This document shows positions 13,260 to 27,360 of a stretch of 60,000 bases of DNA, in pieces (position 1 is the stretch's first letter; each line of letters opens with the position of its first letter). The DNA is from Lama glama. Lineage: Eukaryota. A model generated the notes under the pieces. That model saw only the letters and a list, made by a program, of their open reading frames with translations, was not told where the DNA came from and did not search any database. A program made the translations under genes and the position numbers. Location: contig CM052817.1 of NCBI GenBank assembly GCA_028534125.1, forward strand, positions 39,186,001 to 39,246,000. Reading direction: 5' to 3'.

Positions 13260-13929
13260 AATTAGTATCTAGAGAGCTACCTTGTGATACAAATTAATAT
13301 TCGTACCAAACGCTTAAATATGCCAGTCTGGATCCCAAGGAACTCTTGGGACTCTGGCAACTTAGGGTTACCTTTTTAAACTTCATGGCCTTCTATGTCC
13401 TCACATCCACGAATTAAATCAGGTTTGGAAACAGGCACTGAGGATTCCACTCTGTCGTTTTAGTTTCTAATTGGCTTTACCCACCTCTGTCACTAACCAG
13501 CTGTAGAAACTCAGGCAAGCCGCTCAACCTCTGTTTCACAGTTTCCCCATCTTATGAGAACCAAATGCCATCAGGTCTGTGAAAGCACTAAAAATTCTGA
13601 AGTTGATTAAATGAAATCAAAAGCATTCAGTGTTCAAACATTCTTTTCACTGCAATTGAAGGGCCTCTGGGTTTGAAGCCAGGGCTTATGAGTGGCTCAG
13701 AGGTGGTAACAACCAGCATTTGCATGGTTCATTCAGCCATTTGTACCTCATCCCACTGATTCTTCAAGACAGAACCTTGACAAGGACACTTCAGAGGCCT
13801 GGGGAAGAGCCGCTCCCTCATTCAGCAGAGGTGATCGGAACGTGCTTCTGCTTGCCTTGTCCCTGGACTGTGTGCAAGTTAGAGCTGCCCGTGAGGTCAG
13901 GCAGCCAGCCTCGCCAGGCATCCGAGGCC

Positions 13930-14120
13930 TGCCACCCCTCCATCATTGTCAATAAGCGAGATGGAGAGACCTGTACATCATTTCATTTACTATTGCAATG
14001 ATTACATAGCTCATTGCCTTCCCATTGTTTCAGTGATAGATTTAATTAACTTCCAATTAATCATAGAGGGTGATATTTAATGCTCAGCCCAGCACCGAGC
14101 ACAGTGTCACAGACCAAAGA
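13930..14120. promoter_or_regulatory. Candidate enhancer (Sox and homeodomain motif cluster)
   Basis: Repeat-free block with CATTGTC, CATTGTT (14023), TTTAATTAAC, CCAATTAATCA and ATTGCAAT. Confidence 0.35.
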
Positions 14121-16909
14121 ATATATTCTGAAGGCTTCAGTAATCAAGAGGTCATGGAAGATAGATGTTCTTCACTGAAGGAGAGGGAAGATAAATCTGT
14201 GTGTCCAGACCACTCTGGCTAACTGTTTTAGGATAATTGTTTTGCATCCAAATGATAACTTTCCATAAGGCCCAACCATGCACAGCACAGGGGAGATGGA
14301 TGGAGGGAGAGAGAGATAATAGGGTTACAATATGGAGAATTCACTTGGCTTTAATTCCCATCTGATGCCAACCAGATTGAGCTCACCAGGGAATTCTGCT
14401 TGGGTCTGCAAGAGTGCAAGTGCTGTAAAGGTTCTAGCTTAGGACCTTATGCTGAAGAGATGCTTTGTAGATCTTTGTCCAGTGAAGAGGGAGGAGGCCC
14501 AGAGTTCTCAGGTGGGTAGGTTTTTTGTTTTCAGTAATCACGAGGGTATATTGACATTTTGCTCATGATGTGATACCAAGTATTTCTGCCTTCTGTTTCC
14601 TGAAAAGAGCTAAGATTTGCATGTCTGAGCAACAGAGAGCCTAGGTCCCTGAGTCTGGCAGTGTGGTAGCCACTCTCCGTGCTGTGTCCCCCAGAGCGTG
14701 TGATCCCTGTGGTAGGAGGTCCCTGGGCTCCAGCCCAGGCATCTAAAGTGTTTTTAATGAAATAGATCAGAACCACTGAGGAAAAGATTCTAGAAGTTTC
14801 CTGAACACTCTGTGAGAAGCTCTGTTTTGACTCATAACACAAAAACATACTTGAGGAAATCAATTATACTTCCTGTGTTTACATTTACATTCAGGTGATG
14901 GTCTGGTAACAAATAATAATACAAATTGTCACCCTTTATTTATTCTTTCTTTATCCATCTAGTCATCAACTCATAATTATGTGCTAAGTATTTTTATATT
15001 GATAAAATGGTCATTTCTATGTTATTTCAAACAACTTCCAGAACATTAAAATCTCAGTATAAAAGAAATAATTCAAACTGAACTGTAAAGTCACTGTTGA
15101 CAGGATATGACCAAGAGTGATATCAAAATTTTTGGAAAATATATGGTTACCATTAGAGTACATATTATACATAATAAAGCCCTTGGTATAATATAAACAG
15201 TTGTCTGGGTGTGTGCATATTTGGGAGGAATAGTGCCCATAGCTCTAAAAGTGGTTTCATGACACTGAAAGGTTAAGAACCCCAGTGCTGCAACCTTTTA
15301 CCCCAAAGAGGTGTAATATATCAATGCCAATGGAACGTGAAAGAAGAAACTATTAACTGATTCCATAGACTTACACAATCTCTGTTCTTAGAAAAGTAAG
15401 ATGTGGCATTATGTCTGGCATCTACATATTTAGATAAATTATCTCTGCATTTAACTATTCAGAATTAGATTTTATATTGGGATACACATAAGCCAGACCT
15501 TAGTGATGTTGTTTCCTTAGTCCTAGGAGAGCTACATCTGACAAATAGCATACTTAGTGGCTAAATATGCTTGTGATTATTATTGGAGTGTGTGTCTGTG
15601 TTGGTGTGTGTGCATACACACTGCAGGACACAAGCTCTATAGACAACTTAACAGAGAGATTGAAAGTGTGGGGTGGTCCCCCTCTTCTCCCCAGGTCCAC
15701 TTTACTGCACACACCAGGAGTTAAATGCAAAATGGGAGGCACAAGCCTTGTTTTATGACGGAGATGCCCCTCCTCACATTGCAGTGAACAAATTGGAGAT
15801 GGAACAAGAATGAACTCTTGTATCATCTACCTGCCCTTGCAGTCAAGAGGTTGACATCCGAGCAGGGCCATGAGATTACAGTCATGACCCATTATAAAAG
15901 AGTGAGAGACATTTGCCACTCTTGTTTCAGTTCTCGTCATAAAAATGCATTAAGTTTGGTGTGAGTTTCTGTTCTTGTTGGAAGTGTCATCAGAGGAAAG
16001 CAGAATCAGGAGAAGCCCCCAGAGGATTCCCTGGGATGTATCACAACATGTGCTTAGTCTGCTCTCTTACTAGGGACTTGAATGATTTCTCCCTTTGATC
16101 TTGGGAGGCCACCAGAATATACTTATTTGGGCATAAAAATGAAGGCTCTCTTTCAGGACAAACTACATTAGCAAAGAAACTACAGGATGCTGGCTGCGTG
16201 AATATAATGCAGCCATTTGAGTAACTCTACCTGAGGGGAACAACCACAGAAACCTGTGTGTATCATGTAATCTATCTGGGCAGCAATACAGTGTACCAGT
16301 TTGGTCTTCTTGCTCCCAGGCTGTTTTCCAGGCACTTCTTTGCTCCCTTTGAAGCCAGTCTTCCTTGATGTTCAGTGTCTCTTCACACCTTTAGTTCAGA
16401 CCTTGGTGCAGGTCCTCTCTCTTCAGATAACAATTTTTTAAGTTTCTTTTTCCTATCAAAATCATCCAGTTCTCTATCTCATTTCCTTTGTGCCCTGGTA
16501 TCTTGCATGCATTCTGATAATTTAATCCCTATGGAGGTACATATGTGTGCTAATGGTTTGATGTCTCTTAACTTATTTGCATTTTGGCAATCTTTTCAGA
16601 GAAACCCTGTCTTAGCTTGAAGGAATAAATCTAACGGTAGTAAATCTCAGTCTGCCCCCGGGGCTGAGATATTTGGAAGTGGAATAGAGGGAGAATGGAG
16701 AAACTAAGTCATATTGTATATGCAACTATGTAGTTTATTAGTATACATATATCCAATTTTTAACTGGTGATCAAGGAGGAATAATTCTCTCTAAAACTCT
16801 CCATCTCTATTTGTCTGTAAATAAAAATGGGACTTTTCAAGGGTACTCATTCTACAATCACTTTTCATAAACTCCTGATAACGTGGAGTTAGGCTTTGCA
16901 ATCTTTCCT

Positions 16910-17620
16910 CAATCTTGAGTTAATTCCAAACATGTTTACTAAGTGTTTACTGTGTTCCAGACCCAGTGGTTGGTGCTGGGAGACAAAGGCACCATCTCTG
17001 ACTTCAGGTTAGTGTTGGAGGCAGACAAGTCAGCAGGCACTTTCAACACAAGTGATGTGCCCTATGATGGAGTTACTCCAGAGAGGCACCTAACTTGTAC
17101 ACAGAAACAGGGAAGGGTTCCTGGGAGAAATGATATCTTATCGGAAACCTGAGGAATGAGAAGTTGTGGGGAAAACATTTGTTAGATAGGATTTAGGCTA
17201 GTTTCAGTAACAGACTTCAAAATACTGTGGCTTGAACAGGTTAGATACAGAGATCTCTTGTGAAAACCTAGCGTAAGAGGCTTAGAGTGATGCAGCTCTT
17301 TTTAGCAAGTGTCTTTTGCCTCCAGGTACAAGGGAGGTGCCCTTGCTGCTGCCATCTTGCTGCCAGCAGGGATGGGTAAATGGTCAGGAGCAAAGGAAAA
17401 GGGCAAGTTGGTGAGACTCTCAGTGGTCCTGTGTGGCTGGCACAGAGTGAGAGGATAAGAAGGTAAGAGGCAAGAGTGGAGTGGCCACCTGTGCTCTTGG
17501 ATATTTCCTTGGAGAGCGATGGGAAGGCTTTGAAGTGTTTCAGACAGAGTAACAATCCAATTAGATTTTAATTTTAGAACATTTACTTTGGCTGAAGTGT
17601 AGAGAATAAATTGGAGTGAA
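16910..17620 (-). mobile_element. L2 fragment interrupted by an MLT1-type LTR piece (~17180-17390)
   Basis: L2 motifs (TGTTTACTAAGTGTTTACTGTGTTCCAG; GATGGGAAGGCTTTGAAGTGTTTCAG) flank an MLT-like CAGTAACAGACTTCAAAATACTGTGGCTTGAACA. Confidence 0.55.
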
Positions 17621-17925
17621 CTGTTAAAGAGAATAGTTCTTTAATTATCAATAACTTTCAGCATTTCATACAACTCAACCTCTACCCTGAAGGAGTAGGT
17701 GAATCGAGAGAGAAGAGCAACAGATTATAATTCAGTAGTTTAGTAATTCAGTACCTGAAACTTCATATAAAAAGAAGGATCTCTAGATGTAAAAACTGGC
17801 CTTGGGATAAGATCAGATTGTTTCTGTAAATGTGATTTTGGAAAATGATCTGAATTTTTTATTATCTCTCTTGTTGACTCCTTTCCCCTTAAAATATATT
17901 CTGTGGGGAGAAGTTTAAATAAAAA

Positions 17926-19068
17926 TTTTTTGTATATATATATATTTTTATTGAAGTATAGTCAGTTTGCAATGTTGTGTCAATTTCTGATGTGCAGCAT
18001 AATGCTTCAGTCATACATGAACATACTTGTATTCATTTTCATATTCTTTTCACCATAAGTTACTACAAGATATTGAATATAGTTCCCTGTGCTATACAGT
18101 ATAAACTTGTTGTTTATCTGTTTTATATATAGTAGTTAGTATCTGCAAATCTCAAACTTACAATTTATCCCTTCCCACCTTCTCCTCCCCAGGAATCATA
18201 AGTTTGTTTTCTGTGGTCTGTGAGTCTATTTCTGTTTTGTAAATAAGTTCATTTGTCTTTTTTTTTTAGATTCCACATATAAGTGATTTTATATGGTATT
18301 TTTCTTTCTCTTTCTGGCTTACTTCACTTAGAATGACATCCTCCAGGTCCATCCACATTGTTGCAAATGGCATTATTTTATTATTTTTATGACGGAGTAG
18401 TATTCCATTGAATAAATATGCCACAGCTTCTTTATCCAGTCATCTGTGGATGGACATTTAGGTTGTTTCCATGTTTTGGTTATTGTAAATAGTGCTGCTG
18501 TGAACACTGGGGTGCATGTATTTTTTAATTAGGATTCCCTCAGGATATATGCCCAGGAGTGGGATTGTTGGATCATATGGTAAATCTGTTTTTGGTCTTT
18601 TGAGGAATCTCCATACTGTTCTCCATAACGGTTGCACCAAACTACATTCCCACCAGCAGTGTAGGAGGGCTCCCTTTTCTTCACACTGTCTCCAGCATTT
18701 ATCATTTGTGGACTTTTTAATGATGACCATTCTGACTGGTATGATGTGATACCTCATTGTAGTTTTGATTTGTATTTCTCTGATAATTAGCAATATTGAG
18801 CATTTTTTCATGTGCTTATTGGCCATTTGTATGTCTTCATTGGAGAATTGCTTGTTTAGGTATTCTGCCCATTTTTGGATTAGGTTGTTTGCTTTTTTCT
18901 TATTAAGTTGTATGGACTATTTACATATTCTGGAAATTAAGCCCTTGTCAGCCTCATCTTTTGCAAATATTTTCTCCTATTCTGTAGGTTGTCTTTTTGT
19001 TTTGCTTATGGTTTCCTTTACTGTGCAAAAGTTTACAAGTTTAATCAGGCCCCATTTGTTTATTTTTG
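17926..19068 (-). mobile_element. 5'-truncated L1 LINE (ORF2 C-terminus plus 3'UTR), lineage-type subfamily
   Basis: ORF 18826-18458 encodes the L1 ORF2 C-terminal cysteine-rich region ([19 protein letters not shown]...[14 protein letters not shown]). T/TA-rich tail at the left end. Confidence 0.92.
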
Positions 19069-21969
19069 TAAAATACTTTTTAAGAATTGAAACTTTCAGT
19101 GGAGAACAGAACAGGTAATGCCGTGTATAATTTGCAGGAGGGAGTGGTGGTAGCTAATGCAAGTTCCCAGGTCACTTCCTCCTGCTCTGCTTTTCCTTTT
19201 TCCCAAAGATTTGTGGTAATACATTGTGTGTTTTACACATAACTCTAGAATAAAGATTTCTTTTTTCATTTTCTACAGTGAGTATTTTCCCCTTTATGGA
19301 TAATTCATTTTTAACTGTGATATTTACCTTTCACCATGTAGTAAATTTGATCTCTTATTTGAAATCTGCTTTTCATAGCATTAAATGCAACAAATAGACT
19401 TGAGGACAGAGCTCAAGAGGTTACTGTAGGTCAAGACAGAAATGGAAAACATGTTAGCAGCAGTAAGTTCCAATAATAAGAACTCGGAGAGGAAGACCCA
19501 TTTCCGTAGTACCATGCATCTTGTTTTGTAATAGGAGATGGTTTCAGCCCTTGTTGGTTAAAAATGAAAGACTATACTAAAATAAGACACAAAAACCAAA
19601 GATTCCTGGGTTATTGGCAATTTTGCATATTGGGGAGTGTGGAGTGTTAGGATTTTATTTGAGGGGTGAAGAGACTATTTTTTGGAGTGTTAGACAGGAT
19701 ACTAGGATTTCAGGTCTTGAAACTCAAATGTAATTCTGTGGCTTGTGTTTCCCATTCAATGTAGTCAGCAGTTATCACAGCGATGAGTGCTTAGGGGGAA
19801 GAAATGGAGACATCACAAAGCATGGTCTCTTTAATAGAGCTGTATGAGGTAGGGCATCTCCTAGTAGAGTGATGTACTTTGTTTTCTAATTACCTATGAT
19901 ACTCATGGATTTCCCAGTGGAAAACTATCTAATGGCATGGAAAGAACATTACGTTTGATTTAGATGAGCCAAGAGAAAACCCTTGGCTTTCTAGAAAGAA
20001 TGGATTTAGAAGATACCGTGGTCCAAATGAGAGAATTTATTTCCAACAGCAGCAGTGCGCAACCCTGAGCTTGAAGTATAGCATGTTCATTCTAGAAAAT
20101 GTGTTCCTTCTCTGATGAGCTGTGTCTGTCTCTGATAAGAAACAGGAATCATATACTGGGAGGATCCAGGTCATGCTCCCAGGAGCCCAGGCAATAACTC
20201 AGTCAGAAGCGCTCAGGTAAGCGCTGAGTGGAGAGAGTACTGTCAATCCCTGCTCAGTTAGATGGAATTGACATTGGCTTTCAGTATGGCTTTGCCTGGC
20301 AAACATTTGGAGCTCTAAGAGAAGGGAAAAATATACAAGCACAAGTCTGTATTCTCAGTGTCAAATTCATTTTGGCCACTTGCTTAAGACCCCCTGGAGA
20401 ATCCCAACAGGAATGAGACCCTGCTTTACCATTTAGAAAGATAGACTTCTGCTCGATGCATCAGCAGTTCTGCATGGTTGCTTCTGTCACCAATTTCTTT
20501 AATAAAAACTTGATTTACCAAGTGTTGCACTTCCTTTCTCTTGCCTAAAAAAAAAAAAAAAAGAAAAATGGAAAAATTCAATCGGGTTTCAATTGCTCCT
20601 TTTTGACTGAATTTGTCCAAGAAAATACTTTTACCCTTCAGTGAGCAAGAGGAAGACAGCATTTGGGGATGAGAAATGGCAAAATGAGGTACACAGGTGG
20701 AAATTATATGTGGCCATTACTTGGGCTCATGCCAGTCGTTACCTACATGGCTCCTCAAGTAAACTGGTTTGTCCAGTTGTGGTCCCGACACATAGAAAAT
20801 GCATTCTTAGGAGAGCATTTATCCCATGGGCTTTTCTACAGTCTCAATATCATGTTACCTGGAGACTTCAACTACCTCACCAGTGGGAAGTGTGAGCAAG
20901 TCTTCCCTGGCCCCTTCTCTTTCAATACTTATCTGTGCACACAACCAAGTATTACTCTGACACTCAGATTTGTCCGATTAAACTGAAACTCTTGTTTACT
21001 TTTTATGATTCTTCTTGCCTTCCCATTTCTAACAAAGGTATCCTTGCCTTCCCAGATATTCAGTCAAATTTTCCTCAGTTGTTGAAAATGAGAGGCACTG
21101 GTTGGAGAGCCAGGATCCTAAGTGCCTTTGACTGAACTGACCTGACTCTGCTACCAACTAGTGGTGTGATCCTGGGCAAGTCGCTTCTTTTTTCCTGGTC
21201 TTTAAAACAAAGAAGTTGTACAGGATGGTCTTTAAGGTACCACGTGGTTCTGTAGCTTGATTGAACTGGGGCACATGGCCTCTCTCCAGATCTAGCTTTT
21301 AATTTCTACACCTGCTGTCAGCAGCATCCTTTCTATTCCCCAATTGCTTCTGGTCCCTACAAAGATTCCACCAAACTAATTTTGTCCTATTCATTAATTA
21401 ACAATATAAATATATACGTTTAAATTAACAACTCCTCCAAAAACAGTGAACCATTAATAATAAAATTTTATAATCATCATAAAACTGTCTAAGGCATGGA
21501 AGATGGTGTAATAATTCACACCTAATTGCTTTCAACCTTGGGCCCACAAACACACTAGTTGGAGAAATGAATTCAGATACTGTAATTCATGCCAGGCCAT
21601 GTTTTATTATTTAAGTCATCCGTGATACTTAAAAAAAAACCCTTTGGTGCTCAAATAATCCAGAAACGCACAATGCCACAAACTGAGTCTTAATTGTATA
21701 CACAATTACATGGGAATACATTGGAATTTAAAGAAATTTCACATATATTGTCAGCCCTTCATATGGAAGATCCATCTGAATCTTGGTGTTTTCTGTAGCA
21801 TAGGGGTTATTTTACATAATAATAGAAATAATTGATGGAGTATAAACAATAACCTTAATTGCAAGATTTGAGTATTCAGAAAATTCTGTGCTAAAGTAAA
21901 AAAAAAATGGTAAAGAGGTGAGCAGCCCACAAAGTGAGCAAAAATAGCGATTGGCAAACCAAGCTGTAG

Positions 21970-22210
21970 AATTAAATCATAATATTAAGAGCACAAACTC
22001 TGGAGCCAGACTGCTGGGGTTGAAATCCCAGTTTCACCACTGACTAGTTGTGCTTGACCTTGGATAAGTTACTTTACCTCTGCAGCTTTCAATTTTCTTG
22101 TCTGAATGAAGGGGAAGATGGTAGTACCAGGTTAAGGATTATATAAATTGATATAAGGGGATGCCTGGTACTTACATGAAGTCAAGCATGTATGTTATTA
22201 GCAGTATTAT
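21970..22210 (+). mobile_element. MIR SINE
   Basis: TTAAGAGCACAAACTCTGGAGCCAGACTGCTGGGGTTGAAATCCCAG...GACCTTGGATAAGTTACTTTACCTCT. Confidence 0.8.
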
Positions 22211-25200
22211 TAGGGACCATGGCATCCTTCCTTGAAGGCTTAACAGGGTGTGTGTGCTTTGTATGTACAGAGCTTGGGTCTTAATTGTTTACACAGTGCT
22301 GCTTAAGTTAGGTGGGTCTACCCTGAGGCCTGTTTGCACATGTAACATGGTCAGCTAATCCAGGGCAATTTTAGAAGCATTGAGGATGAGTGAGGGAAAT
22401 AACAAATTAAAGGAAAAGAAGCAAGACTGGGGAGATATTTGTGTATTTTTAAAGTAAGCTAGCAGCTTTCAGATGGATTTTAAAAACTCAGTAATTTGGA
22501 GATTTCTCCTAGGGTTGTTAATGAGACACTCAGTATTTCTGTTTGTGAACCCTCTGTTAGAGATATACAGTGATTTTTTTTCTTTTTTAAAGAATACTTC
22601 ATGCAAGGAAAGAGATGCATTTCTGTTGATTTTTCTTGGGCACACATGTGCGGTCTGCTGAGTGGGGGTCTAAGTCAGCTTTGCCGCACCCGCTGTGTGT
22701 GCTTTCCTTCTGGTCCTCTGATGTGGGAGTTCTGCTTCACTGCATCCGGAGCTGTCAGCTGAACCCAAACCTGTAACAACTGAAAACTTGTCAAAACCAA
22801 AAAGGTACATCTGTTTTTCTACGATTAGGTGACCGACTCCCACAGCAGATCATGAACAGTCAGAGAGCATCTGCCTGGACTTTGTGTCACTAACTCGACC
22901 TCTCTCTCTCTCTGGCTCTCGGCTCTTAGGGCCCAGTGAAATTGTTTGCTTTGACCAACAGCACCCATCTTCAAACAAAAGATGCTGCTTGCTTTCAACT
23001 TGAAGTATAAACCAGAAACTGGGATGAACTTGCACAAGGAAAACAACTCAGTAATACCACCTAAGGGGACGATCAGAGTTCTATGCCCAAGCCTCCTGCA
23101 GGAGGGAATTTAATTGCTCTGTGATCTCCTCGTCTGTAAAATAAAAAGACTGGCTTAGGTCACCTCCAGTATTACTTCCATTCAGACAGTCTATGTGTTC
23201 TATTAGGTTCAGGAATCTCAAAGCGGATTTATTGACAAGAGTGTCATGGGGTTATTATCTTTGTTGATTTGGTTGGAAATGTCTGACACCTCTTTTTTAT
23301 GTACACTTATTTCCTATCTTAATTTTTTGGAGCAAGTATAATGTTCTAGATATTCTAATAAACAGTGGGAATATAACAGTTATTTTAAAATACACATATC
23401 CCTGCTCTCAAAATAAAGTGACCATCCATTTTCCCAATGAAAAGATCCGTAAAATGATTTAGGGGGCAAACCTTTAGGTTTGTAGAGAAAAGAGTTGTCT
23501 ATTTATAACATTTGTTTATCATAACATGTAGAGTCGTATCACATAAATAATATTAATATAGAAATAGTATTTCGTGCCCTGTCACATTGTTAAAAACAGT
23601 GCTGTCCAGACTCTTTCAGAAGCATCTTTGCCATCATCAGATACATTCTCAGAATCATTACCACAGTTTGCCAGAGAGTATAATCTTCTCGCTCATCTAA
23701 ATTGTTTTAATTTACATACTTTTTGAAATGTATGTCTACTGTATGCTCTCCTTGGAAATTCTATTCTAAACCACAGTTTGATAAAAGTCATTTACTCTGT
23801 GTGTGTGTTTCAAGTAGGTTTTAAAAGGCTTTTTTTTTTCAGCATCTAACATGTATTTGGGAGAATATTCCTCAAGAACAGTGATAAATTGTGTTAAATT
23901 TTTTGACTTTTTAAAAGTTTTTTATTAATTCAGTAAGATATCCTCTATGAATATTCAGAACTAGTATTGGTTGAGATAATTATAGGATAAAATGCACTCT
24001 TTATTAAGAACAACCAGTTATTCAAAATAAAATAATTTAAGGGGTCCTTTACATATATAGGAGATCTTTGAAAAAGATTTCTAAATAAGGTGATTCTTCC
24101 CCTTTGAGAATTTTAGAACAATTCTTCACCTGTGTATGTGGGTGTATGTGGAGCTTTGAGAAAGCATACACTCCTGGTTGCGTTTATGCAGGTGGGAGCA
24201 TGGGATGGCTGATAACAAAGAAATGATCTCCGTATTCTTTATAAATCCTGACCAATACAACCATTGGTCACTGGGCATATTTACCTCGCAGTAACATCAG
24301 ACATTGAGATAACGTATCATGCGACTTTTCCAAATGCTGCATTCTCACACATAATTTGAAGAAAATGCTGACTATATAAAATTTATGATATATCAGTGTT
24401 GCTAAAAGCAACATTTCAAGAAAAAAAAATACAACAAGGCGCCCATCAGAAATCAGGGATTTAAGGAAAACTGCCAAGTGAGTAAAGTTGTAGAGACACA
24501 CGACAAGAAATGCCAGGGAAGAAATTGAAACAATGAGGTGAGTTTTTAATAATCATTGTGAAGACTAGTCACACTAATTTTTCAACTTTTTTTTCCCTCG
24601 ACCTGTTTAACGAGGTTCATTTCTGCCAGAATGAGGGTGACTTTCCCCAGGCAAAAGGCTGCTAGTTGATTGTAAATGAATCAGTGCCCATCAGTTTCTC
24701 AGGAAGCAGCACCCCAATCAGATTGGTTATCAGGGGGTTAGATCTCTATCTTGCTGGATCTTTGTGACTCCTTCAGCTTTGGAAGGGAACTGAGCTTTCC
24801 AAGCCGAGTTGTTTGGTTTCCTCTGGAAGCACTGCAATGCCTTATTGATCCAGGTGAAGTGCAAAGTTTTCAGAAGAGACAGGCTCCCTGAATATCTAAA
24901 CCACTATTAAAAAGATAGCTGATTTCAATGAAAACCTTCTGAAACACACACACACACTTCCTTATTAAACAGAGTTCCTCCAGAGTAAATGCCTCTTTTT
25001 GTTGGGTTTCAGTCACCGTGTTATGGATATCAGTGACTGTAACATTCACTGGAATACAGAGATGTTGTGAACCACAGTAGTGGCCCACCTCCATGACTGG
25101 CTCTTTTGGGTGGTCTCATTTCATGCCATGCCACCAGCTGTCCCTTCTCACTATAAGGACTTCTGGTAAAATCCTTCAACCCTCTTGTTATCTGTTATTT

Positions 25201-25599
25201 GCTGGTGATTATGATGGTGACTTCATGTGCCAGGGGAAGTTCAATAATCCAGCTTGGGCAATAATCCAGTGGGGCAACATTTTTTATCCTTACTCTGTTA
25301 CTTATTAGTTGAGTGATACTAAGCTGGTTTCTTTACTTCTCTAAGCCTTGGATGCCTCATCTAAAAACAGCATAATAATGCCTAATCTTCAGGATTATAG
25401 TGAGATGTATAAATGTATATTAAATGAGATAAAAACAAGTTCTGAGGTCAGTGCCTGGCCTATGGTATGGGTTCTATAAATGGTAATTTCCACCAAAATG
25501 TCCCAAACCTTTCCTTTATCAACAACAGTAAGTGAATAGTCCCCACTCTCTTCCTGCTAGGCAAAATAATAGAGCTTTACTAGCAAGCTCGACATGAGG

Positions 25600-26080
25600 C
25601 TTTGGGGAAAGGAACATGCTGGCCTGGTCCATGCTCTCATGGTGCTTCGTGAGTCTAGTGTAGAAAGACAGACAGGAAACAAATAATTATCCAACAAATT
25701 ATTTAATTCCAATTGTCTTGAATGCTATGAAGGAGAACAGAGTGCTGTATATAAAAAGAGAGACTGTCTTGATACGGAAAGCCAGAAGAAACTTCTTTGG
25801 GGTACTGCATCCAAGATGGGGACAGAAAGACAACTAGGAGTGAGCTGGAAAGACAGATGACTGTCCTAGGCTGAAGGAGAGGCATTTGTAAAGGCTTTGC
25901 AACTTGGAATTTTAGAGAGTTGGGGAGCAGAGATAAGATGAGGGTTTGGAGCTGAGCTGAGGCTGATGTGGTACATGGGTCAGGCCTTGGGGACTATGGC
26001 TAAATTTTAGACTCCACTCTGAGAGAGATGGGGGCCAAAAAAGGGAATTAAGCAAGGCTGATAATCCAGGAGTTTGCAAC
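25600..26080 (-). mobile_element. L2 fragment
   Basis: GTCCATGCTCTCATGGTGCTTCGTGAGTCTAGTG...GGCATTTGTAAAGGCTTTG; an MIR lies immediately upstream (~25300-25480). Confidence 0.6.
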
Positions 26081-27156
26081 TTTTGGCAAAATCTTGAAAT
26101 ATCTTGGTAAATAGCTATACCCTGAGCCTCCTACCACCTATAACCCCTTTGCAAATGCACTCCCCCTATTATCCTTCTCCACCCTTTGGGGTTGAGAAAG
26201 CCTCCAGGACCTTCCCAGAATTGGTTCCTATTGGTTGGTGGCCAATATCATGTAAGTTGCTAAATATATTAAATATTATTTCTGGTTAGAAGCAAGAGTC
26301 CCTCCTGCTCGAAATTTTCTCCATTACTTATGAGTTTATAGTTGTGTTCAAAGTTGTTAATGAAAACTGAAAATATTACAATTTAATGTAGTTAAAATAT
26401 TTAAATGGTCTTAGGGCCATTTATCCATCTTCCCTTTCTTAACTTCCATTGTGAATTGAATTTAACACCAAGGTCTGTGGATTCTATGTCTGAAATGTCT
26501 CTTACACTTATCCATTCCCTTCCATTACCACTGATCTCATTTGGTCTCTGTCATCCCTCCCTGGGTTGCTATAATAATCCAGCAGCCCTCTCCCTGGCCA
26601 AACCAATTCCAGTGTCTAGACAGTGTCTAATGCATCGTTGGTGCTCAATAAATGTGTTTTGAGTGGATGAATAAACAAACAAATAGATTGTGAGACCATG
26701 AGCAAATGACACATACACGAATGGGTAAAAAGTGGAGAAAAAACAGCCAATTACCCTCAATTAGTGCTTCCTGAAGATTTTGGAATGTGCACTGATAAAC
26801 ATTTTTTATTTTATTAGTTATGTGTATATTTTAATATGTTTAAGAAAAATATTGATAGTACACTAAACTTATCTTATGACTTAGAATAAGATTAAATAAA
26901 AAGCTGAGTTAAGTTAAAATTGATTAAAATGTTAATAGTAGCTCAGTACCATTCCGATATGGTAAGTGGTGTAGATGTCATGCAGTGACTGAAGTTGGGG
27001 AAAAACTGGTGAACACAGTGCTATCAACTAAGTGTCTTTATGACCTCCTCCCTGAAGTAGTGTTGGCTTGGCTGAGTTGTCAGGGTCAAGCAAGGCTTTG
27101 AACACAGCCCCGCAGATCATGGTGGGCACCAAGCTCTTCCCATTTAAGTCATGTTT

Positions 27157-27212
27157 GAAAAAGAAAGAGGGAAGGAAGGAAGGAAGGAAGGAAGGAAGGA
27201 AGGAAGGAAGGA

Positions 27213-27267
<55 letters not shown>

Positions 27268-27315
27268 GAAGAAAGAAAGAAAGAAAGAAAGAAAGACAAA
27301 GACAGAAAGACAGAC
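27157..27315. repeat. Compound (GGAA)n(GAAA)n(GACA)n microsatellite
   Basis: Directly visible. It produces the spurious KEGR/KERK ORFs. Confidence 0.95.
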
Positions 27316-27360
27316 AGGACGTGGAGTGTGGTGAGCAGCCTCAGGTTATTTTGGGACCCT

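Noticed and set aside
18458..19118. ORFs as host genes
   Set aside because: L1 ORF2 fragment and its antisense frames. The same applies to ORFs at 51715-52318.
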